Shown piece by piece: positions 25,241 to 39,253 of a DNA stretch of 64,000 bases. Below the pieces are notes generated by a model, which ran no database searches, had not been told where the DNA came from, and worked only from the letters and a program-made list of their open reading frames with translations. The DNA comes from Magallana gigas (Eukaryota): NCBI RefSeq assembly GCF_963853765.1, contig NC_088858.1, positions 30,008,001-30,072,000 of the forward strand, in the 5' to 3' direction. A program made the translations under genes and the position numbers. The first letter of the stretch is position 1, and each line of letters begins with the position of its first letter.

Positions 25241-25767
25241 TTGCTTTTCATCCTAATTACCTTTATTTAAGTGGGGCCAGTTGAGGTGGTCATCATCTCA
25301 ATGAATGCTAGTAATTTATGCGAAATACTTAGTCATGCACATGTATTGTTGACTAAAGGAGGCAGAGGAATGCTGTGGCTTACAATTTGCAAAAATTTTA
25401 CACCCTCTTTGATGACAAGTACAATATAAACTGTAACATTATGGAGGTTTTGTAGATTGTTAATGCCCCATATTTAGATCATGGTCTAGATAGTGACATC
25501 ATCTCTCTATAGTACCGCTAATAAGTGGTATGACCAGATTCATTAAATATTTTCAAATGCCATACAGATTTAGAAATATTCAAGAACCTGGAAAACTGAA
25601 AAGATACAACCCTCCCTCTCCCAACAAAAAATAGTCAGAATTCCTGGGCTAGAAAATCAATATAAAAACACAAATATATCACATAAATATTTTATTTCTG
25701 TCATAAACATTTCATTGTCACATAAAAATCCTTGAACATGTACATGTATCATCATTATGAAGTACGA

Positions 25768-28700
25768 TTATTGTCTTAACAATTTTGCTTGTCGCTTAGC
25801 CTCCAATGCAGCTTCTTGTTCTTTCACAATTTCTTCCCTCTCTTTTAGAAATTTCCCATAATCCTCTGGTTTTAAGTCCCTCACAACCTCTATTCCAATG
25901 TTATGACACTGTCCAATTAAGCTCTTACAAATACATTCTAACGACATTCCACGGAATCGATTGTCTGAAGTCTCTTTGATTTTTGCGATTTCATATATGT
26001 GTTTCAAAGATAATTTTCCAGCAACTTCTTGCCCTATATAACAAAGGAACAGATGTATAATAAATAGATATCGGGCATTAAATTTTAAAGTATATATTTC
26101 TACATGTACGTTTATGCAGTTGCAAAGGATGAGGATTTAGTTTGCTTTGATAATATTTAAAAACTACCAAGTCATTTTACTAGTTTGTACATGTGTGAAA
26201 TAAAGAACAATTTTTACACTTTCATGAGGTTTAATCAGACTTCATGCTGAAATTTTTTTTGTGATATGGAAGACCAATAAATTCTTAGAAGAAAATGTTC
26301 TATACCTGGTTTCATGGCTGCTTTCTTTATACCTGCCGCCTGCTTCAAGAAATATGAGGTAGGAGGGCTCACAAGGGAAATACTATAAGTTCTGTCCACC
26401 TGGGTAAATAAAGTAAATCATTACTCTATAGGATTCTTTTACACAAAGAAATTCAAACAAACAAACAGGTTATAAGCTTAGGTTCAAACATCTGTCGACT
26501 TAAGCGCATGTGGATCGATATACTTTAAACCTCATTAGTAAGAACATGTGTATATATAGCAAAATCACTTGATAACTACCGTTACATATAACTTTTGTTA
26601 AAAATTCTTTTTACAATTTACAGTAACAGTCACGAGGAACTCTAATAATTAAAAGCAAAATCATATCATGGCTATTTTTTGTGTGGTCCAAAGATTTCTT
26701 TAAAATTCTCTTACCGGAATTTTCTTTCAATTTACTGTAAAAGTTATGAGGAACTCTGATAAAATTAATTAACGATTAAAGTGAACTGATTTTGACCACA
26801 ACGAGCCTTCCAACTTTACCAGCAGAATTTTATAACAACAACATTAACGACAGAGGCACTTATACAACATACCTGTTATCAGTCATAAAAAACAGAGCAC
26901 TTACATTAATTTTCAGATCAGCTATCAAGGGAACCTTTGGCTTGTATTCAGCAGTCATTGCATTGTAATCTTTACAAAATCCTGCTATTTGAACACCTCT
27001 CTATCAGCAAAAAGGAGTAGAAAATAAAGCAAAATAAAGCATATATCTACATTCAACTATATTCATATTTAAACATTTTTCATTTTGATGTTCATTTCTC
27101 TAAACATTTGTAAAATGTAACATGAGTGTAATGTTAATTATATAAAATGTAACCAACTTTGTTACCAGGTTATGGCAACTTCAACCTAAGTGGGGTGCTC
27201 AAAATGTAACAGACTAGAAGAAATATTACACTTGCTAGACTGACATAAACTTTTGGGCATTGTTAAAGAATTTTAATACATTATTAATGTATATTAAAAT
27301 ATAATAGCCTGATGACCTCAACTTTAGGGACTTATGAAAACAGGAAAAATAAATATTAATATGATATTGAAGCTAACTAAACCTAACAACCCAGTAACCT
27401 AATAGCTTAATTGAAAGAACACTTGACAAGAAATTAAGCTGCCATAGTTTAAATCCTGGTCTGGTCCATCAAGATGTTATCATTTTTCCCATCCTGTTAC
27501 AAACTGCAAGATGTTTCAAACGAATTACAGTCAACTCATAACCAAACTAACTCGTACCCAAACAGACTTGTAATCAATTTGTTGAGTAAAAAATGACTGC
27601 AATTATAATATTATGCCTGCCTTCAAAGAGGGAGAAGAATTTATGAATTTGTCAACCTAATTAATTTTTTTTTTTAAAGAAAAGATTGCATGTAGACAGA
27701 AATTTTCTATTAAATGTTGATAAAGGGACCTCTTTGGCAAACTTATCGATGACATTATATAATAAAAAATTCTACATTCATTTATCCCATAATTTCTTAA
27801 TTATTGTAATTATATCAAAACCTAACCTTTACAGATTATCTTTTACATTTACAATCCAAGTATCATTGTTTATGACCGGACCAACGGATTATTATAGTCT
27901 GTCCCAAGATATTTATGCAGCACATTTGGACGATTTTTAATAAAAATACACTTACCTGTGAAAGAAGTGCAATTAAAATAGTTGAAAGGGATATTTTCCT
28001 AGATAATTTCATTGACTCATTATCATCTTTCACTCAGAAAAATTCACAGGAACGAAAACAGATTCCTTACGGAGATTTGTAATGGGGAATGTTTACATCT
28101 TTTCTCCATTTGGAATACACTCGGAATACATCGCGCAATATTTCAACGTTATCATCCGGGCTTGCTGCAGTACAAAATCTCCGTAGACATCACATTTTTT
28201 AGCATTGTATTGAAACCTGATAAGTTAACAGGGGCGTTTTGACTGAGAAATCTTGGAAAGTTTTCATACTTTTGAATGAACATCGTTTGAATCCCGAGGT
28301 ATTTATAAATATCAAGCAATTAAGCCAAATGTGAATCCAAAATATCTTGGGACAGAGTATAGTCTGATTGGGTAGAAGTCGGTTTGGTTACGACTTCACT
28401 TTACTTTTGGGGTGCATGTTACAAATGCATTGACTGCGCTAATGAAATCTACTTGATAAGTTGGTCATCACTGGTTCTCAGAGAGACCTGAGACCAAATT
28501 GATAAGTTGTAAGGCATTAATAACTTTTAACCTGTTGTTGGCTGTTAACTTATTAATGATAAACTGATACTGGCACGCCAGTATAGTTTGGCAAAGCTTA
28601 ATTGATATATATCATCAAATGACGTTGATTTAACAATTCCGTTACGTCCTATACAAAAAAAATTCTGCCAATTTGCCCTGTAACAGAGCAGTACCAGTTA

Positions 28701-28957
28701 CTGTGAAGAATCTACATGTATTACTTTATTTATTAATGTAGGCCTATTACTCAAGCCAGTCAAGGCATGACAATGTGACCTTAAAACAACTTTGGCATTC
28801 GATTTACCTGAGCAAGCTGAGGACCCAGCGGTGGTGCTGCGACAGCTAAACCTGCCGGTATGATAACTTTAAGATACGGTGCATATTCTTGTTTGTTGGC
28901 GCCTGCTTTCTTGACATTTTTGCCAAGCTTTCCGGCTATTTTACCTTTCGACGCCAT
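25768..28957 (-). CDS. MRPL11: Mitochondrial ribosomal protein uL11m (39S L11)
   Basis: Four exons: 28957-28808 (MASKGKIAGKLGKNVKKAGANKQEYAPYLKVIIPAGLAVAAPPLGPQLAQ), 27000-26905 (RGVQIAGFCKDYNAMTAEYKPKVPLIADLKIN), about 26399-26306 (VDRTYSISLVSPPTSYFLKQAAGIKKAAMKP) and 26033-25768 (GQEVAGKLSLKHIYEIAKIK..GIEVV..). The L11 motifs PPLGPxLxQ, FCKxxN, PPTSYFLK and KHIYEIAKIK are all present. Confidence 0.95.
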
Positions 28958-29171
28958 GCTTTTTTGATTATCGATCCCGATTGCAAAAGTTACATGCGAG
29001 AGAACTATACTATATACGTCCCTGGAAAAAGAAAGTTCTTAAAAACTTTATACACTGATGATAATATTTTTTATCCTGTTTGATAGCAAGCGTGTCGGCA
29101 TTTCAAACAATATTGTTATATCTATTTTGGTAAAACATCGGACTCGATATACAATAATCATTTTTAACAAC
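28958..29171. promoter_or_regulatory. Inferred bidirectional promoter shared by MRPL11 and SF3B2
   Basis: Only 214 bp separate the two divergent ATGs (28957 minus, 29172 plus). The stretch is locally CpG-richer. No specific core motif is claimed. Confidence 0.7.
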
Positions 29172-32100
29172 ATGGAGTCGCTTCCCGATAATATCGAAGA
29201 ATATAAGAAATTTAAAGTTGTAGATCTCAAGCAGTTTTTGTCAAATGTTGGACTTCCAACTAATGGTAAGGTTTTCATTGCATCAAAATTTTTAAACGCT
29301 GTTAGATAAACCAAATTGCCTGCTTTATGTCCGCACCCGGGCACTGTAAGATAGCGTAGGGTAAACGTTTTTGCGTCCAAACCATTTTACCTGAAATATC
29401 CACTTACTGGTTTGGTCCTTTAAAAACTTAATATGTTTACAATACGATCGTTAAGCATTGGCATCATTAACTACAGGCAACTCTCTTCACTGTCAGCTAA
29501 CTCCCATCTAGCATTATTCCAAAATTCCACCCTCCCCCATGAAACTATGAGTATGACACAAAAAAACTTGTACCCATATAGGAATCAGGGTGCTTTTGCT
29601 CCGATCCCATGTTCGCTCTGAGAGGTTTTGCCCAGAGTACATGTTTGCTCCGAGTGATTTGGCTATACAGCGATTGTTGGTACTCCAATTGTCGGGCACT
29701 CTTTTGATCAATGAAGACCCCTACATCTACATAATTATACATGCTTTAAAATACACACAAAAAATACCAAGCGCAATGGGTTTTGGGTTCTAAATCTACC
29801 TCTTTTTCACTACTGGAGGTTAATATGTATTTCGAAAGGCTTCCTCTAATGATTGTCTCTTAATTTAGTAAAAAATTATATATATCTGTTTTAACAATAG
29901 ACATAGCACTGCACAGAAAATCACCAATACAAGAAAGGTCAGGCAAAAAGTTAGTCATCAACATATGCAGTTTATAGCTATTAATAAAATGGATGCCACA
30001 TTCGACCAATTCAAATGTGCATCATGTAGGAAAGGAGGAATAAACATGTTTAACTACATTAAAAAGATACCACTAGACTGGGAATTGAACACAGGACCTC
30101 TGCAATTCTAGTCAGGAGCTCTGCCACTGAGCTACCCAGGCTGATGTCCAAGGTCCATATAGCTATAATTGATGCAATCATTGTTTCTAACAGTCTGATT
30201 CATCAACAAATTTTTAATAAAAGTGAGATAACCCTTTGAATACATTCTATAATATTTTTAATTGTCTTTAAAGCTTTTATTTTAACTTAAATTGTTCAAT
30301 TATTTAATTTACCCCATAACTACAGTTCATCACTTATTTGTATAAAAATACATGTACCATTTTTGAATGATTATTAAGTACATCTGTATTTCAGAAGCTG
30401 AAATTATAGTGCTCTTAGGCTTCCAACTAAGAAAATCTTAACAAAGTCACATGATGATTTTAGCATTAAAATGTGCCTGAAGAAGTATACTGGTAATTTA
30501 ACAGACAATAAGCAAGTTCAGAAACTGTGATACAGTGTTAATATACTGTAGTTAGGATTTAAGGCAATTTTAGTGACTTTAATTAAAGTATTTGTGCAAA
30601 TTATTTATTTGTCACTTTAGTAATCGTGTGATTTTCCCCTTTGTATGCAGCATAACCTTGGTGGTATAGATCGATATACAAAAACAAAAGGAGATTCTGT
30701 ACGTCCGTTGTCCTATGTAATTAAGAAAATGACATCATCATGGTCATGCATTTTTGGTAAACTTGCGTGACAGAAATCAACTATCTGAAACATATGACTG
30801 TCAGTAACAGAGAACGACATGATCTAAAATGCAATTATATAATGTGTACTCCATTATCGGGCCCAAAGATTAAAGAAAATATAAAAATGTGTAAGAAAGC
30901 ATTTTAATCATATATATTTTGTTGCCATGTTGGTTTTTTATAGACTACAATATCCAAAAATAATAATTCAATGTTTAAATGTATTCCCTGTAGCCAAATT
31001 AATTTATGTTAATGGCTGTTTTGCAAAAACTTAGAAAGATGTGAGATTTAATTAACTGGTAATGGGTACATGTACCTTGAATTGATTGAATAACAGTACC
31101 GGTAATACAATTATGGTATTCAGTGATTGTTTTTCTCATGCTGCTTATTCTATTTTCAGGCTTAAAAGCAGATTTAATTGAAAGATTATACAACTTTAAA
31201 GTTGAGGTAATACTTATATTCAGAACTGAAGAACTTATTAATTTACTGTATTACAGTACAAGTATTTATGATAAATAATGATTATAAAGGTTGCATGTTT
31301 ACAAAAATTGAACAATGATATTTGTCATGTTTTGGGGGTTTTTTTTTTATTAAACTTTGAATTGCTTTTTCTGCAGGCATCAGAAAATGTAGAGAAAGAA
31401 AAAAATGAGGAAGAAGGTAAAAAGATTTAATAACTTTCTTTTTTGTTTGTTTTTGTGGAAATATGTGGTATCAGACTGTTTGTTAATATCAATAAAGGAG
31501 CTGAACCCATATTTTATACTTGTGGGATAAGTTCAGTTGATGTTATAAAAACTTCCATAGGCCCTATAGGGTTCACCTTTTGGGTTTGTAGTTGACATCA
31601 GCACATGTTTTGTTACATTCCTGAAAAACGAAATTTTTTTCTTTTAATGCAAAACATTTCTGTCAATTTATTTTATTTTCTTCTATTTCAGGTGACAATG
31701 TTGATGACAATGTTGAAATGGTGAGTTCCGTCTTCTTTTAAGAAATGATGATATTCATAATAATGAATTCCAATTTTTTGGTTTGTATGAGATTCTTAAT
31801 ACCGATAAACTAGGAAACAATTTTTGAATTCCATTCTGAAACAAGTCAGTGATAATCAGTATAACCCCTTTGATTCAGAAGTGGTTTAAAGTGTTGGGTA
31901 AAGTTTACTAAAAATATAAACAGAATTATTCTTTAGAATCACTAATAGTTTTGTCATTAATTTGGTCTTTTGGGAGAGTCTCTTATGCACAGGTACTTTC
32001 AAACATCCATAGCCTCTAATCACAGTCATATTTGTACATTAAAATGAAAAAAAAAAATTGTTTTAACACAGGAGGAACAGTCACCATCTCCACAACAGCC

Positions 32101-35100
32101 TGACCAACTTGAGCCAGCTGGTGAAGCATGGGTACCTCCCCCTCCTGATAGTAAACCACCCCCTCAAACAGCTCCCCCACCACCCACACAGGCACTGCCC
32201 CCACAACCTCCACCCCAGCAGGTAGTTCCAGAACCACCCTCCCCTCCTGAGCAGTCAACCCTCGCACCACCTCAGTCTGCTCCTCCACAACCTCCAGAAC
32301 CCAAAGATGTAAGTTGTTTACTTATTTCAAATTTTTTTTTTTGATTTTTGGTATATTCAAAATATTGTGTAGCCGGAGCTATAAAATGATGCTGAATATT
32401 TTTTTGGTTGGGTTTGGGCACAGAATTTGGATTCAGACCCTGATTTCCAGAGGAAACTAGCCATTCAGAGGCAGCTGATTAGTGAGGAGGAACAGAAGAA
32501 ACAGAAGGAGGCAGCAGCCCTAGCCCAGCAAGCTATCCTCCTCAGCCAGAGGGGTGGCTCTGCTGCTGCCCCTCCCCAACCCCCAGTTCCAGCCCCACCC
32601 CCCAGTGGTGACTTGATGGAAAAGGTCAGACAGCAGCAGGTCATGATAGAGATGGAAAAGCAACAGAGTGTGAGTATCTCCCCTCTATCTTTACATCATG
32701 ATTCATAACCTGTTTTATCACACCTGAAGGTGTTAATTAATACCTAACTGATTTATGTATGTACAAATTATTTGATGTGACATAACTACAACAGGCAATT
32801 TTATTTAATTATGTTTGAAATGTAGATGAGGAAAATGCAAGAAGAGGCAATAAATAAGGCAGAACAGGATCGCCGTATGAATGAAGCAGAACTGATGCGT
32901 CAGCAGCAAATTGCTTTGATGAAGGCACAAAGGGAGGCTCAGGAGAAACGGATACAAGAACAGCAACAGCAACCACCACCAGGTAAACACATGATTAAGA
33001 TATCTGGTGGTTTAGAGAGAACTTTAATTTGGGTGATTTTGAAAAAGGTGCGGTAAAAAGGGTAATTTTTTCCACAATATTTAAAGTATTTAAAAGCATG
33101 TGTAACCTATTTTTTTCAGTCCTCAAAAGGTTCAGATTCACTCTAATAATTTATTTTTTTACAAACCATTCTAGTTCCTCCCATGCATGTGGCTCCTCCA
33201 CAGCCCCCCATGCAGCCAGGGGTGCCTCCCCCACCCCCAGGGTTAGCAATGATGCCTCAGCCAGGAGCTGTGCCCATGAACATCCCAGGACAAGGCACCA
33301 TTCCACAGCAGCCTGTCAGTCTGCCCCCACAAGTACCCATGCAGCCAGCCCCAGCAATGCCCACTCAGAGTGGTATCCCGCCTCAAGTGGCAATGGCTAC
33401 ACCACTGATACCACCCGGCAGCATGGTGGCTCCAGGAATGATGATGCCAGGGGGTGGTCAGCCAGGTTGGTTTTCATCAATTAGAACATTGTTGTATTGA
33501 TCAAATCTATATAGTGTAGCTTAAAAGAGTGTATGATTTTGGGAAATTGCAGCTATATTATACAAGTATAATATCACTATTTTGAAATAAAAATAAATCT
33601 AAGAAGTACTGTTTTGAGGTAAATGCTGTTCATGTTTATGATTTATGGCTCTATTCAAGGTTTGATCCCACCAGGCTCTCAGACATTACCGGTACCTCCA
33701 GGCACCCAGATCCCAGTCACCCACCCTCCCATGCACCAGGCACCCCCTCCACCCGGTACACAGCCTGTATCTACACAACCTCCAGCCCAGGAGAGAGCTG
33801 CCACTTCTGCCCAGTCAGACATGGAAAAACTGCCTCCACCTCAGGTTGAAAAAAGATACATGTGCTTGCAATCTTTAAATTTTTCTATTCTGTAGTGTGC
33901 AAACTTCCTAAATTAATTGTATATTGAGTTTCGTAATAGATTTTATACATGATACATTAAATTGCATAATTAATTGCAAAATATGTATCTTTTAAGTTGG
34001 AATCTGGATCATCAAAGGATATAAAATTACCCCAAGCCCTGGAGAAGGTGTTAGCATTTAAAGATGTCAGAGCCCAAGAAGTTGGTGTTACATACGAAGA
34101 GATAGAACAGATGAACACTCCAATGGGTACAGTTCATACAAAAATGTCTTAGATCCATGGTTTTTTCATCATGTAAAGGAAAACAATTAATTCTAGATTA
34201 ATTAAATTACAATACCTGTAATGCTTTTAAAAAGTATACGTAATCCAAATTTTGCAAGAAGTTTTATTTTGTGGCATGAGAAGATGATCAATAGTTTCTT
34301 CTTGATTTGATGTACAGAGAGAAATGTTGATGAAGAGGATGGGAGCGAAGATGTGGGGTACGGTACATATGACATGGAAGAAGATGAGGAGGAATCCTCC
34401 AAAGCCAGCGCTGCAAAAGAGGTATCAATTTATGTGGGATAAATACCAATTATACATTTATATGCAGACATGATGCCAAATAACCAAAAATCTCAATTCT
34501 TTGCTACATGGATGACAGATATAGCTCTCTCATAAAAGAAAGAACAAGTTCATGATAAAAATGTAACTTTAATCTGTTATAGTCCAAGAATAAGAAACGG
34601 AAAAAGAAGAAGAAGAAGGCAAAGAAAAATCGACTTTTACAACAGCAGCAAAACAAGGAGCCAGACACTCCTACAGAAGACGACGTCCAAGTGGAGTAAG
34701 TACATGTGTTCTGAGCTGATCTGGGAAGATCATTTACACATATATGGAAACTTTCTATTAATAAGAATTAAATAGAAATCAACATTTTATTGTATGAATA
34801 TTATTGTTATTGATAAAACATCACCTTAATACTTCAGGTATGTTCAGGAGCAACTTGAACTTGACCCAACTGATCCAAACTACTTTACCTTTACCAAGAT
34901 TTTTGATGCTTTCAAGGTGAGAATTAATTTGAAATGATTGCAGCAGTATGTTCATGGGCATTGTATTTATTTGATTTATGTACATTCAGTATTTGGAATG
35001 CTCTGTGTGCATAATTCTACCTCTGTACAATTTTATTGGGTTTGACTCTTTGGATTTGATCATTTATGGTGTTCTTTTTACTGATATCTGTACATTATGT

Positions 35101-38100
35101 GGTATCATTAATTTTCGTGGGGGCCAATTTTCGTGGATTGCTAAACATTTTCAGGTTCGTGCGGACGTAATTTCGTGTATTCTCTTAAACCTACAGAGGA
35201 AATATGACTTTATTACCCTAATTTATTAATTCGTGGAGGATGTTAATTCGTGGATGAAAGGTACCCACAAATTCCACGAAAATTGAGCCACCACGAAATC
35301 TAATGATTCCACAGTATGTGGTATAAGAGCCTTACAAAGGAATGTATGATTTACTTAACAGATCACAGAGGAAAAGAAAGAGGATAAAGCTGACAAAAAG
35401 GAAGAACTGAAGAAGGAAGATCTTCCCAAGAAAATGGAGGAAGATGACATGGATGATGATAGTGATGATGACGACATGGTAAGTGAAGAGTTCAATCAAA
35501 TTCTCTGGGCTCACAATTATGAGGTAGAATGAAATGATATAAATGGAAGGAAAAATAAAATTATGATTTTTTTCTATTATTTGTTTTGGCCTTGATACAG
35601 TCTCTTGTTTTAGATGATATTAATAATAACAACATATTTGTCTGGTTACATTGATAATTCTATTACTGGTATTGAAAAATTCCGATAATAAATCAGACAT
35701 TATTTCTTGTTTATTTGTGAGTTGTGACGTTTTGATCTTATTTCATGAAATTAATTTTCAGTATGAATGTTACTCTTAAAAACTTTGCAAACCAGATATC
35801 ATATGTTGAAACAAACAAAAAACACCAAAGCATTTTCCTGAATGAGTGGTTGAATTCTTATTGCAAGGGACAATCTTACGGGATACATAATGATATCTAG
35901 ATTGCTGGGGAATTCAAAAGAATATTAGGAATTAAATTTTATAGGTGAACAGGATTAAAATGATGATGTATATATAAATCCGTATTACTTTTGCACAAAG
36001 GTCAAGAAGGATGAAGATGAACCCCATAAACTGTCAAAGAAGAAGTTGAAGAAAATGACAAGGTTGAGCGTAGCTCAGCTCAAACAGTTGGTCAGTAGAC
36101 CTGACGTTGTGGAGATGCATGATGTCACTGCACAGGATCCACGTCTGTTAGTGCACCTAAAGGCTACCAGGAACACGGTCCCAGTGCCCAGGCATTGGTG
36201 CTTCAAGAGGAAGTACCTGCAAGGAAAGAGGGGTATTGAGAAACCTCCATTTGAGTTGCCTGACTACATCAAAGCTACGGGAATCATGGAGATGAGAGAA
36301 GCTCTTGCTGAAAAGGTGAAGTCAGATTGAGATTAATTTATTAAAGATTTCCAAATACTCTAAGGTGCGAATTTTTAGTTACGAAAGTATTTATTACCCC
36401 ACTAAAATTAATGCCTCTTATGAACATGTACAACGTTATGGATATTTTTCCTTTAGTTTGTGTAAATGGTAAAGGCCAACATTGGAGCAACCAACATTTG
36501 GCAATTTGTGTGAAAGTGTGTTTCATGCATAATTGTATAACTGATATACATGTATAAATTTCATTAAATAGGAAGATCAAAAGAATTTGAAAGCTAAGAT
36601 GAGGGAGAAGGTTCGACCAAAGATGGGTAAAATTGACATAGATTACCAGAAACTCCATGATGCTTTCTTCAGGTGGCAGACCAAACCCAAAATGACAATT
36701 CATGGGGATCTCTATTATGAGGTTTGTATGATGCAGATGTTTTAAAGATACCAAGATTTTGATAATGGTTATGATGTTATGCTTTAGTTTGTTTGTGACA
36801 GACGCATATTGATCTTTAAGTAATATGTATGTTGATTATTTGAGATTTTTAAATCTTTGTTATTAAATAGGGAAAAGAATTTGAAACCAGACTGAAAGAA
36901 AAGAAGCCAGGGAATCTCTCAGATGAACTAAAAACAGCTCTTGGAATGCCATTGGGACATGTAAGTTCTAAAACTTTGATGTATCTGTTAAGTCACCTGC
37001 TAAATAGAAGAGAAGTGGGTTATACATTTTATTTTGATACTTTATTAAACATTCATTGATTCATAATTTGTTACAGAATTCAGAGAAATTTCCCCCTCCC
37101 TGGCTTATTGCCATGCAGAGATACGGACCTCCCCCATCATATCCCAATCTGAAGATTCCAGGCCTGAGTGCCCCAATACCTGAGGTTAGTACATCAATAT
37201 TATGCTAAGGTTTCAGTTTAAGATGTATAACATGTATTGATCTCCAGTTTCCTTCCTCCCTATAATAAGCACTAAGTGTGAGTTATATATGCTGATTTTA
37301 TGTGTGTTTATTGTAGGGTTGTTCATTTGGTTACCATGCTGGTGGTTGGGGCAAACCTCCAGTCGATGAAAATGGTAAACCACTTTATGGTGACGTGTTT
37401 GGTACACAAAGTTCAGAGTTCCAGGTTAGTTTGATTCTGTTTGTCAAAAACATTTTATCTTATTTAAAAATGAATGCAAGGTTTTACATACGATATTAGT
37501 TAGTGATACATAATTTGAAACTGATTAACTGTAGACCCCACTGCCAGAGGAAGATGTAGATAAATCTTTATGGGGAGAAATGGAAGAAGAATCTTCATCA
37601 GAGGAAGAATCAGAAGAAGAGGAGGAGGATGAAGAAGATGCTTCAGGCCTTGTCACTCCTGGACCAGAAGGGTAGGCGTAATAATTAAAGAGTTTACTTT
37701 TAGATTTCATCTGCCGCATAATTGAAAACTTCCTTTCAGGTTTTATCTTTATATTAAAGTTTATTTTTATAATAATGTTAAACAATCGTAAAAACTATCA
37801 CATGCTATTTCTCATTAGATACACATTTTTTGTTTTAGAAAGAAAACTTAAAATTCATAAATAATGAACTTTTTACACGTAGAAAAACAGTAAATAGTGA
37901 TCAGGAAATGATTTATGACGTGTTACAACATATTACTTTTGTTTAGAATGTGTGTGGTGAAACTTACATTTGCTGCAGTGGTATCTGTCATAAAGAAAGC
38001 CCAATTGATTTTAAATCTGCTTTTTTTCTTTAGATTGGTGACACCCAGTGGAATCACTTCTGTGCCTATGGGAATGGAGACTCCAGACATGATAGAGCTG

Positions 38101-39253
38101 AGAAAGAAGAGGATTGAGGATGCCATGGACCAGGGAGGGGAAACTCCAGCTCTCTACACGATCTTACCCGAGAAAAAAGCTGCTGTGGGTGGTGCCATGA
38201 TGGGTTCGGCCCATGTGTATGACACAACAGCGGTAAGTATCTGTCTGGATGGACTCATCAATCATACCAATGATTTATTTAGACATTTTCAAGTATTTAC
38301 TGTTCAACAGTATTGAAGATCAATTTGATTCAATGTTTGAAATGTTCTTTAAAAAAGGAAACTCAATCAGAGAATCAGAAACAATTATGGAAATCTATGT
38401 GATGAATTCAAACATTGCTATTACATTTCTTTGATATGGAATACATGTACCTGGTATTTTGTGTTAATGAATCGTGTTTGTTTATCTTTGATGTAGGTAA
38501 CAGCAAGCAAAAAAGACAAGCCTGGCACCGAGGGCATTGAGGTGGCCTTGAACCCTGAGGAGTTGGACCTGGACTCAGCAGCCATGCAGGCCAAATACGA
38601 CCAGACGATGAGGGAGAAGCAGAACCAGCTGGAGAAGGAGGACCTGAGTGATATGGTGGCTGAACACGCTGCTAAACAAAAGGTCAGTGCTCCAGTGTCT
38701 CTGTGTCAGTCAGTGATATGTAGGACAAGCATGTTGGCAAACAAAAGGGCCAGTGTCTCTTTATTTGTTTCATGTAAAAAACCATACACATGTAGCATTT
38801 TAAACGATTTAATTACCTGAAAAACATATCTAAATTGTCTCTTGTGGTTTGTTGAAAATGCTTTAAAGTTTGGTCATTTTTATAATATAATTTTTCCCCT
38901 CAAAAAAACTATTGTCAATCCCATCATTCGACACTTGTGACCAGTCTTGCATACACTTACTGACCGTGGACCAACTCACCTGAATTTAAAAATTGGTTTG
39001 ATGGTTGTAGAATTCATTATTTTCAATCCTGACCACCACTATAACAGAACAGAGCATGAATTATTCACGAGAAAGGGGGACAAGAATGGGGTTTTCTGAT
39101 GATCAGTTAGCCTTGCTTGTTTTAACAAACTACATGTAGATTATTACTTGTACATATTTTTCAATATTTTTTTTATTCTCCTTTCAGAAAAGGAAAAAGC
39201 AGCAACAAGACAGTGGAAAAGCTGCCAAAAAATACAAGGAATTCAAATTCTAA
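29172..39253 (+). CDS. SF3B2: Splicing factor 3B subunit 2 (SAP145)
   Basis: An N-terminal SAP domain is split over exons 29172-29265 and 31160-31206 (FKVVDLKQFLSNVGLPTNG|LKADLIERL). Pro/Gln-rich exons lie at 32-34 kb. The DUF382 region (LSKKKLKKMTRLSVAQLKQLVSRPDVVEMHDVTAQDPRLLVHLKATRNTVPVPRHWCFKRKYLQGKRGIEKPPFELP) is at 36001-36315. The PSP region (PPWLIAMQRYGPPPSYPNLKIPG, GYHAGGWGKPPVDE) is at 37-37.4 kb. The gene ends KKYKEFKF-TAA at 39251-39253, with AATAAA at about 39362. Confidence 0.97.
30060..30156 (-). repeat. tRNA-derived SINE-like module in SF3B2 intron 1
   Basis: The minus strand reads GCCTGGGTAGCTCAGTGGCAGAGCTCCTGACTAGAATTGCAGAGGTCCTGTGTTCAATTCCCAGTC, with Pol III A and B boxes. 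The anticodon stem does not pair well, so this is not a functional tRNA. Confidence 0.7.
35098..35314. mobile_element. Tc1/mariner-type MITE (copy 1), in an SF3B2 intron
   Basis: TIRs (C)TGTGGTATCATT / AATGATTCCACAG with TA on both sides and internal TTTCGTGG repeats. It is near-identical to 59765-59982. Confidence 0.85.

Noticed and set aside
30076-30141. Possible tRNA gene (anticodon AGA)
   Set aside because: The anticodon stem is mispaired and there is no long variable arm as expected for Ser. A diverged second copy at 59.4 kb indicates a repeat.
32016-32288. Minus-strand 90-aa ORF (MEEQTEVV..)
   Set aside because: It is antisense to a proline-rich SF3B2 exon.
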